From contig CAYZNW010000004.1 of the NCBI GenBank assembly GCA_964480345.1, forward strand, positions 27,962 through 91,961: DNA of 64,000 bases, given 5' to 3'. Shown one piece after another: positions 57,440 through 64,000 of the stretch (positions are counted from its first letter, which is position 1; every line of letters begins with the position of its first letter). Position numbers and translations under genes: made by a program. This stretch comes from an uncultured Candidatus Saccharibacteria bacterium (lineage in GTDB: Bacteria; Patescibacteriota; Dojkabacteria; SC72). Under the pieces are notes generated by a model, which saw only the letters and a list, made by a program, of their open reading frames with translations, was not told where the DNA came from and made no database searches.

Positions 57440-59971
57440 TTATTTCCCTAGAATAATTTTGCTCTCTTCTTCAAAAGCAACTTTCCTTGCTTCTTTAATA
57501 TCTTCAGGATATACAGATACTCCGTATACTCCTGCCTGTACACAGTATTTGAGTAAAGGTTTACTATTTTCAACTATAACTATGACTTTCTCAGCTTTTG
57601 GCTTAACAACTTCCAATACATTATCGAGTACTTTAAATACACTATGTCTAGCTAAATCATATTTAGCATCTTTCTCATCAAGTTTGAAACCTTGCATTAC
57701 TCTAGCTATTCTTGGCATATTTAAAATCAAACCATCTATCTTGCTGTTTAATATCTCATCTGCAAGAATTACTTCTGATGGGTTATCTAGTATTGCAAAT
57801 ATTCCAAATGTAGAAGTTCTTCGTAATTTTTCACCTGAAAGTAATTTTTTGAATTCTTTCATTACATCATCATTCATAGGGGAGTGTACTGCAAGAGAAA
57901 TATTTCTCTTCTTATATACATTTCTTAATCTCTTAATTATAGTCGCAACTCTTTTTAGCAAAGCTGGATTACTGATGTAGTGTATAGCTCCAGACATATC
58001 ATTAGAAAGAATTTCGCCCTCATGTTCCTGTCCACCTTTTAGATTTTTGAATTCTTTGACAGTCGAGGAACCAAGTGAGAGGACAACATCGTTACCTGAG
58101 GCTAGGTTTACATACTCCAGCACTTTATCACATATCTCTTTTGTATATTCAACAAACTTCTTCTCCTTAACATACTCTAGAGGATGTTTTCCATTTTCTA
58201 TCATAACTCTATCCAAATCTACATATACTATTCCATCAGAATCACCTATATATTCAAAAAGCTTTTTACTATTAATATTAGCCATGCTATATATTTTAGT
58301 AGCGGATGGGGGTAGGGTACTATCTTTCAAAGGTATAGCTTCTTTAGTTTCAATAATCTTCTCAACAGGAGCTTTAACATCACCAGCAACATATGAGTCT
58401 ACAACAGGATGGGTATCCTTACCAGCAGGAGTAACCTCTTTCTCTCTATATACCGTACCTGAGCTTCCATCAATTCGAATATATTCACCATTTTTTAATA
58501 TCTCAGAAGCATTACCAGCCCCAACAACTGCTGGGATATTAAATTCTCTACAGAGGATTGCAGTATCACTTGTAACACCTCCTGTATCAAGAACAACTCC
58601 GCCACTTCCAAGTATCATTGATTCCATATCAGAGGAGTAATTCTTTATGACTAATATATCTTTTCTACTAAGTTTTCTTTTATCATCTGGTTTAGCAATA
58701 CATACATTTCCAACTGCTACACCAAAGCTAGCGCCAATTCCTGTAAGTATGAGGTCATCTTTAGTTATATCTTTCTTGTTCAAATCAGTATCTAAACCTT
58801 TCTTAGCAAGATATATTAACTCTTCTAACTTTCTGCTTACTTCATCATTATTCTTCTCTACGATCTTTTGCGCTTCATTCATAGCAGAGGAGACCATCTG
58901 TTTCTCAACTCTATATTTCTCTAAGAAAGCTATCACAACCTCTCTAATATTTTTTCTTGATATATCAGCATCAGAGAGCATAACTTTATCCTGAGCAACC
59001 ATTTCATAGAGAGGTTTGTTTTGAAGAATCCAGAATCTACCACCTGCAAGAACCCATTCTACATTTTGTACCTCTTTAGATTTATCTTCTATCACAAGAG
59101 CTATTTTAGATATCTCTTCCATATCTTTGTCTGAAAGTTTCTGCCTATGACTCCAATTCATGGAGATTTTAATTTTCTCAGCATTTTTGCTGTTTCCACC
59201 TGAAGATCTCATTGTTCTAACTTTCATCCACTCTTGTGGAGCTATATGTTTTTCTAAAATGGATAGATCTTTCTTGTTTAATAGGTAGGAGTCAGGAGTT
59301 AATTCGCCAAGTGATATCACATCTCCAAGGCCGTAAACTGCTTCGATACTTAATTTACTGTTATCTTGCGTTATCGGATCAACTGTAAATATTACTCCTG
59401 AGATCTCAGACTGAACCATTCGCTGAACTACTACAGCCATTTTTACATCTGAAAGATCAATACCAACACGAGATGCATATGCTACTACATCATCTGTGAA
59501 TACTGAAGCGTAAATTCTTTTGATGGAGTTTAGTAATTGATCAAACTTCCTAACATTTAACTCAGTTGCAAATATTCCATTAAAAGAGATATCTTTCCCA
59601 TCAGGAAATACAACAGAAGATCTAACTGATACCCATGCTTCTGTAAAACCTGAAAGACGAGTATATGCACTTAGAATTTCCTCCTCAACACCTTTATCAA
59701 AATTAGCTTTCAAGAAAGTATTCTCTATCTCTTTTCCCTCAGGATTCCTACCTTTACCCAAAAGTTTATCCTCTACAGAATCAAAAGCGTTTAAGCAGAA
59801 AGAGGTAAATACATTACTAGAAATCACAAAAAAATCAGGAACTGGAACATCCATGTCTTTTAATCTGAACAGACTATATCCTTTTCTTCCAATTCTATTT
59901 CTGTTTAAATCTTTAGCAGCGAAATCTTCAAAAAAGAAAACGGAACTCTTCTTTGTGCTAGAATTTTCCAT
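57440..59971 (-). CDS. PEP synthase / pyruvate-phosphate-dikinase family homolog with substituted catalytic residues (probable pseudoenzyme or neofunctionalised paralog)
   Basis: N-terminal PPDK_N/ATP-grasp-like region (IGRKGYSLFR...DVPVPDFFVIS). Central PEP-utilizers mobile domain DILVIKNYSSDMESMILGSGGVVLDTGGVTSDTAILCREFNIPAVVGAG, where the conserved phospho-His of GG.TSHAAI is Asp (TSD). The C-terminal domain aligns to PEP-utilizers_C but lacks the S[LIVMF]G[ST]NDLTQ signature (IDGLILNMPRIARV). Confidence 0.7.
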   Translation of the reverse strand: MENSSTKKSSVFFFEDFAAKDLNRNRIGRKGYSLFRLKDMDVPVPDFFVISSNVFTSFCLNAFDSVEDKLLGKGRNPEGKEIENTFLKANFDKGVEEEILSAYTRLSGFTEAWVSVRSSVVFPDGKDISFNGIFATELNVRKFDQLLNSIKRIYASVFTDDVVAYASRVGIDLSDVKMAVVVQRMVQSEISGVIFTVDPITQDNSKLSIEAVYGLGDVISLGELTPDSYLLNKKDLSILEKHIAPQEWMKVRTMRSSGGNSKNAEKIKISMNWSHRQKLSDKDMEEISKIALVIEDKSKEVQNVEWVLAGGRFWILQNKPLYEMVAQDKVMLSDADISRKNIREVVIAFLEKYRVEKQMVSSAMNEAQKIVEKNNDEVSRKLEELIYLAKKGLDTDLNKKDITKDDLILTGIGASFGVAVGNVCIAKPDDKRKLSRKDILVIKNYSSDMESMILGSGGVVLDTGGVTSDTAILCREFNIPAVVGAGNASEILKNGEYIRIDGSSGTVYREKEVTPAGKDTHPVVDSYVAGDVKAPVEKIIETKEAIPLKDSTLPPSATKIYSMANINSKKLFEYIGDSDGIVYVDLDRVMIENGKHPLEYVKEKKFVEYTKEICDKVLEYVNLASGNDVVLSLGSSTVKEFKNLKGGQEHEGEILSNDMSGAIHYISNPALLKRVATIIKRLRNVYKKRNISLAVHSPMNDDVMKEFKKLLSGEKLRRTSTFGIFAILDNPSEVILADEILNSKIDGLILNMPRIARVMQGFKLDEKDAKYDLARHSVFKVLDNVLEVVKPKAEKVIVIVENSKPLLKYCVQAGVYGVSVYPEDIKEARKVAFEEESKIILGK

Positions 59972-60003
59972 TTATACCGGGCAGTACAAAATTTATATCC
60001 TCT

Positions 60004-61101
60004 CTAAACGATACCTTTAGCCTTAATTTTTTGCAAGTCTATATAGAATTCGTAAAGGATCTTCAAAACGACAATTGCTGGAAGAGCTAACAAACCTCCA
60101 ATAGGACCAAACACTATGATAGCTGCTACTACACCTAACATTACAGCAAAAGGTTTAAGACCAATGGCATTACCCATAACACGAGGATACACTACAGTAT
60201 TCTCAATAGGCTGGTAGAAGAGGAGTAAGGCAAGAATTAAAACTGCTTTTGCTGGACCAAACACTATTAACCCTATTAATGATACCACTATGGCTGCAAG
60301 AGAAGCTCCAATATTTGGAATTAATCCAACTAGAGCTATGAATACAGCTAACGGAATAGCAAACGGCATCTGTAATATACTCAAGATAATTGCTGAATAA
60401 ATCATAGATAGTAGGCTTACAAAACTTTGACCAAGTAACCAACTACCTAATTTACTTTCTACATCTGAGACTAATTTCTTAACTCTTTCCTTCTTTTCAT
60501 CTGCAGGTATCCTGATTAGTATGAAATCAAGAAGAGAATCATGCTCTAATACAAGATATATCGAAAATATCATTGAAGTAATAACTGTACCAAAAGATTT
60601 TACAAAGCCAGAGAAGAACTCAGTTATATTTTTGAAATTATCAAAAGAGGGTAGGGCGTTCACTTTATCCATTAAAGATTTCTCTAAAGCATTAACATCC
60701 ACATTCATTCCAGCAATAGAGAAATTTCTCAAATCATCAGCAATTTTCTCTATCCAACCAGGTACAGCTGCTACTAGATTATCAAGCTGAGTAACAAAAG
60801 GAACAACTATAAGGGCAAATACTGATACCAATATTAATATTAAAGCAGTATACGCTATGAAGATAGATAGGAATTTGGAAACTCCCTTGCTCTTCAGTTT
60901 ATCAACAACAGGAAGACACACTGACATAAATATGAAGCTTAGAATCAAGAACATCAATACTGAAAGGATTTTCTTACCAAAAAACATAACGCCAAGTCCA
61001 AGAATAATTAGAAACATCAATCTAGGAGAGAGGTCAACCATAACTGTTCTGCTCTCTTCACTTCTACTACTATTCTCTTTTACTGAGTATATTTTTGCCA
61101 T
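60004..61101 (-). CDS. AI-2E family transporter (PerM/YhhT-like, UPF0118)
   Basis: Eight predicted TM segments. C-terminal conserved LIPNIGASLAAIVVSLIG...FYQPIENTVVYPRVMG motif. Confidence 0.7.
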   Translation of the reverse strand: MAKIYSVKENSSRSEESRTVMVDLSPRLMFLIILGLGVMFFGKKILSVLMFLILSFIFMSVCLPVVDKLKSKGVSKFLSIFIAYTALILILVSVFALIVVPFVTQLDNLVAAVPGWIEKIADDLRNFSIAGMNVDVNALEKSLMDKVNALPSFDNFKNITEFFSGFVKSFGTVITSMIFSIYLVLEHDSLLDFILIRIPADEKKERVKKLVSDVESKLGSWLLGQSFVSLLSMIYSAIILSILQMPFAIPLAVFIALVGLIPNIGASLAAIVVSLIGLIVFGPAKAVLILALLLFYQPIENTVVYPRVMGNAIGLKPFAVMLGVVAAIIVFGPIGGLLALPAIVVLKILYEFYIDLQKIKAKGIV

Positions 61102-61165
61102 ATTTCATAATTATAACAAAAAAGGGAGAATATTTCCTCCCTTTTTCAAAAACTATTTCAGTTGA

Positions 61166-62125
61166 TTATGCTCTCTTGTAATCTTTCCTAACTATTACAA
61201 CTCCTGAGCTTAGTACAAATGCTGCTATTGCTAGTATTCCAAAAATCATCATAAGCTTGTTGCCAAATAATGAATCTAAAGCTTCAGATAATTCTCCTGA
61301 TGCTACTGGAAGAGTAGAGTCAACAACTCCATCTCCATCAACATCTGCGACTGCATTACCATTTACACTACTTTCTGCAGAGTAGATAACTTTAATTTTC
61401 TCTTCGACATCGGTAACATTTCCTGCTTTATCTCTAATTTCCATACTAAATACATTTGGACCCTCCTCAAGAACTACTCCTTTCACTACAAAGTTACCTG
61501 AGTCATCACACTCGCTATTGTAAATACTTGTACCTCTTTTCAATATAACCTGACAACCTGGCTCTACATTTCCTGCAACTGAGAAAGTCTCAGTTCCTAC
61601 TTCTGCAGGATAGTTTACTTTTCCTAAAACAGGAACAGTCTTATCTACTTCGACTACTTTAGATGTAGATCTTGTTGAGATATATCTCTTTGGAAAACCC
61701 TTAACACCAGCTGCACTTACTACATATTTACCCTCACCACCTGTATTGTACTTATAAGCAAAATTACCCTCCTTATCTACATTTGTCTTACCTACATACT
61801 CATCATTTACATATACATACACATTGTTATACCCAGAAGCTACACCTTTAATCTCTACTTCATCTTGATTAGTCTCAGAAACAGTACCTGAAATAAATGG
61901 GGCTTGGAAAGATTCATCCAGCTGTGGTTCTCTTGTATATTTTATGAAAGAGAATATTCCATACAATACAAAGCCTAAACCTAAGATGATAAATATTGTA
62001 CCTAATATTCTAGAAATCTTATCTTGATCTTCTACTTCGACAGTTTTTACTTCTACTTTAGAAACCATACTATCTTTGCTCTCTGAAATTGGTTTTGTAG
62101 AAATGTATGTTTTTTTCTTAGCCAC
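61166..62125 (-). CDS. Surface protein with an N-terminal signal anchor, Ig-like beta-rich ectodomain, and a C-terminal hydrophobic segment plus positively charged tail (cell-wall-sorting-signal-like topology)
   Basis: N-terminal TM ISRILGTIFIILGLGFVLYGIFSFI. C-terminus ...STLPVASGELSEALDSLFGNK-LMMIFGILAIAAFVLSSGVVIV-RKDYKRA. Divergently adjacent to a sortase gene. Confidence 0.5.
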   Translation of the reverse strand: MAKKKTYISTKPISESKDSMVSKVEVKTVEVEDQDKISRILGTIFIILGLGFVLYGIFSFIKYTREPQLDESFQAPFISGTVSETNQDEVEIKGVASGYNNVYVYVNDEYVGKTNVDKEGNFAYKYNTGGEGKYVVSAAGVKGFPKRYISTRSTSKVVEVDKTVPVLGKVNYPAEVGTETFSVAGNVEPGCQVILKRGTSIYNSECDDSGNFVVKGVVLEEGPNVFSMEIRDKAGNVTDVEEKIKVIYSAESSVNGNAVADVDGDGVVDSTLPVASGELSEALDSLFGNKLMMIFGILAIAAFVLSSGVVIVRKDYKRA

Positions 62126-62225
62126 TGTTAGCCTATATTAAAATTTATATGTCTTACAAAGTAGGATAATATAATTGAGAGAATAATGCAATATCTTCAG
62201 AAATCTAGTAGAATGGAGAGCAGAT

Positions 62226-62912
62226 ATGAATAAACCATTAAAAATTGTAACTACACTTTTTCTTTTACTATTGGTCTTCGCCCCAATAGCTATTTTTCTC
62301 ATATACCCTGTATATTCCAACCTTGTTGTTCAATTTGAGAAAGTTAAAACATACACTCTTGCAAGAAAAACAACTATAGCTATCTTTTCATCAATAGCTC
62401 CAAGCAAAAGTAAGTATACTGAACAGGTATTAGGAGCATCTACAATAGAAGAATCAATAACAAATGCGCAGACAACGATAGACAAGAAAGAGATAGAGGA
62501 GATCAATACAGTATTAAGTATTCCATCATTAAATATTAGTGGCAAAATATTTCAAGGTCAGAATTCTGCTACTATGGATAAAGGGTTTTGGCACTTCCCA
62601 ACATCGATAAATCCTGGAGAGAAAGGTAATGCAGTCATCATAGGACATCGTTTCCTCCATATGCCTCCCAAAACTGATACCTTTTTTAACTTAGATAAAA
62701 TCGATATTGGAGAAAAGATTCAGATTACAACAGATCTTAGTGAACACAACTATATTGTATTAGAGAAAAAAGAAGTAGAGGCTAATGATCTCTCCATAGT
62801 TCAAGACAGTAATGATTACACATTAACCTTAGTGACATGCACTCCACTTTGGACATCAGAAAGAAGATTAGTCATCGTAGCAAAGCTAGACAAACTATAC
62901 AAAAAAGTGTAG
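62226..62912 (+). CDS. Sortase-family transpeptidase
   Basis: N-terminal TM anchor, catalytic His in GNAVIIGHRF, TLxTC motif YTLTLVTCTP, downstream Arg (ERRLVIVAKL). Confidence 0.75.
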   Translation: MNKPLKIVTTLFLLLLVFAPIAIFLIYPVYSNLVVQFEKVKTYTLARKTTIAIFSSIAPSKSKYTEQVLGASTIEESITNAQTTIDKKEIEEINTVLSIPSLNISGKIFQGQNSATMDKGFWHFPTSINPGEKGNAVIIGHRFLHMPPKTDTFFNLDKIDIGEKIQITTDLSEHNYIVLEKKEVEANDLSIVQDSNDYTLTLVTCTPLWTSERRLVIVAKLDKLYKKV

Positions 62913-62949
62913 ACTCAGAGAGTATTTTAATATATTTTTAACAAAAAAC

Positions 62950-63972
62950 ATGGACCAGTTTTACAGTAGAAAAGATAAAGATAAAAGTACTGTAGAGTTT
63001 ACAGTAACTATTCCAAGAAAAACTTTTACAGAAACATATCAAAACCTTCTTAAAGAGAATCTAAAGAAGACAGATATAAAAGGTTTTAGAAAAGGAAAGG
63101 TACCCGCAGATCTCGTAGAATCAGAGATTAGTAACAATTTGAGATTGGAAGCATTTGAGAAATTAATTCCTCTCTATTTAACTACAGCATTACAGAAAGA
63201 AAACATATCACCTGTAGCACCTCCAGATTACAAAGATTTTCCAAAACTTGATGGAGATAATGATATTACTTTTACTGTAGATATTACTGTTATGCCTGAG
63301 TTTAAACTTGGTAATTTGAAGAAGATTAAGGTAGAGAAAGAAGAGGCAAAGGTTTCAGCAAAGGAGATAGATGAGGCTTTAGAGAATGTTTTCAAAAACA
63401 ATCAGACAAAGTTTAAAGAGATGAACGATGATTGGGCAAAAGAAACTGCGAAATTACTAGGTAAGGACGATGTAAAAGATATGAAGAGTTTGAGAAAATA
63501 TGTAGAGGATACTCTCAAATCACAAAAAGAGCATATGTTAAAGCATAAACAGGAAGATGCTGTTTTAGAGCAAGCTATAAAGCTTTCAGGTATAGAAATA
63601 CCAGAGGCAGCTATTAGGTATGAGGCTATGGAGAGAGAACACTCTTTTGAACATGATATGGGACATAGACAGATTAAGATTGATGATTTTCTTAAAGCAA
63701 ATGACATTACTTTGGAGAAGATGAGAGAGTTATGGTTGAAAGATGCTAAACAGGCTTTAGAAACAGATGTTTTCTTACGAACATATATTAAAGCAAAAGC
63801 TCTACAATTCTCTGATGAGGAGTTAGCAAAGAAGATTGAGGAGATTAAGTTACAAGCTCCAGAGGGGACTGATAAATCAATATTTGAGGATGAAGAGTGG
63901 AAGGAGTATATAAGGAGAGTTTCTCTAAAGGATTTAGCTTTTAAGAAGTTCTCTGAGGAGGTTATTAAGTAA
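62950..63972 (+). CDS. tig: Trigger factor lacking the central PPIase (FKBP) domain
   Basis: N-terminal ribosome-binding domain with GFRKGKVP (the TF signature GFRxGxxP). The remainder aligns to the TF C-terminal arm domain. 340 aa instead of about 430, with no FKBP segment. Confidence 0.7.
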   Translation: MDQFYSRKDKDKSTVEFTVTIPRKTFTETYQNLLKENLKKTDIKGFRKGKVPADLVESEISNNLRLEAFEKLIPLYLTTALQKENISPVAPPDYKDFPKLDGDNDITFTVDITVMPEFKLGNLKKIKVEKEEAKVSAKEIDEALENVFKNNQTKFKEMNDDWAKETAKLLGKDDVKDMKSLRKYVEDTLKSQKEHMLKHKQEDAVLEQAIKLSGIEIPEAAIRYEAMEREHSFEHDMGHRQIKIDDFLKANDITLEKMRELWLKDAKQALETDVFLRTYIKAKALQFSDEELAKKIEEIKLQAPEGTDKSIFEDEEWKEYIRRVSLKDLAFKKFSEEVIK

Positions 63973-64000
63973 TAAATTCATTTAAATATATTAAATGGTT

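Noticed and set aside
3906-60790. Numerous other 60-200-aa ORFs antisense to or embedded in large genes (e.g. 3906..4226, 6016..6444, 18895..19392, 26582..27100, 30566..30946, 48148..48792, 56047..56427, 57360..57980, 58047..58640, 60521..60790)
   Set aside because: Each overlaps a gene with strong family motifs on the other strand or frame. They are low-complexity or hydrophobic artefacts of AT-rich sequence, with no start or RBS context.
1-64000. CRISPR arrays, IS elements/transposases, integrases, rRNA genes
   Set aside because: I found no array of regularly spaced direct repeats. No DDE/serine/tyrosine recombinase-like ORF is present. No rRNA-like conserved stretches occur. The only mobile-element-like hints are the tRNA-adjacent accessory trio and the paired palindromes, which are reported as findings instead.
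1-64000. Alternative genetic code (UGA recoding, as in some CPR/Mollicutes)
   Set aside because: Long housekeeping ORFs (pheT 829 aa, mutS 865 aa, PBP1A 929 aa) read through intact under the standard code. At least one gene (44566..45066) terminates at TGA in a classic ATGA coupling junction. There is no evidence that UGA is sense.

Overview
This is an AT-rich 64-kb chromosomal segment that is mostly housekeeping. Genes have been assigned from hand-read motifs in the supplied ORF track, with no searches run. The 5' end of a very large secreted adhesin-like gene lies on the minus strand at 1..2641 and is missing from the ORF track because it runs off the window. After it come typA/bipA, an ABC-2 exporter pair, queH, an OmpR/histidine-kinase pair, def, and tRNA-Leu(CAG). 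Next are a family-5 solute-binding protein, secG, pyk, tRNA-Cys and tRNA-Leu(UAA), and then three small accessory-looking genes. A rearranged division and cell-wall cluster follows: cmk-like kinase, ftsW, murG, murA, a reversed murF, then mraZ-rsmH-ftsL-ftsI-mraY. It is followed by tatD, rsmI, truB, rarA, a roughly 850-aa Cys-rich repeat membrane protein, tyrS, a short Rel (RelA/SpoT-family) protein, recG, two small methyltransferases, and tRNA-Ala. The second half holds thrS-infC-rpmI-rplT, then three proteins of unknown function with their own promoter, then pheST. After these come a class A PBP, hisS, an atypical OmpR-like wHTH protein, mutS, a PEP-synthase-family homolog with substituted catalytic residues, an AI-2E transporter, a double-anchored surface protein, a sortase, and a trigger factor lacking its PPIase domain. 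Several housekeeping proteins are domain-minimised, which suggests a reduced-genome bacterium that makes peptidoglycan and has a Gram-positive-like envelope, possibly CPR/Patescibacteria-like (inference). The best candidates for something undescribed are the three-gene cassette of unknown function splitting the infC-rplT/pheST operon, the degenerate PEP-utilising enzyme, the paired GC-rich palindromes bracketing the PBP/hisS promoters, and the Cys-rich repeat protein.
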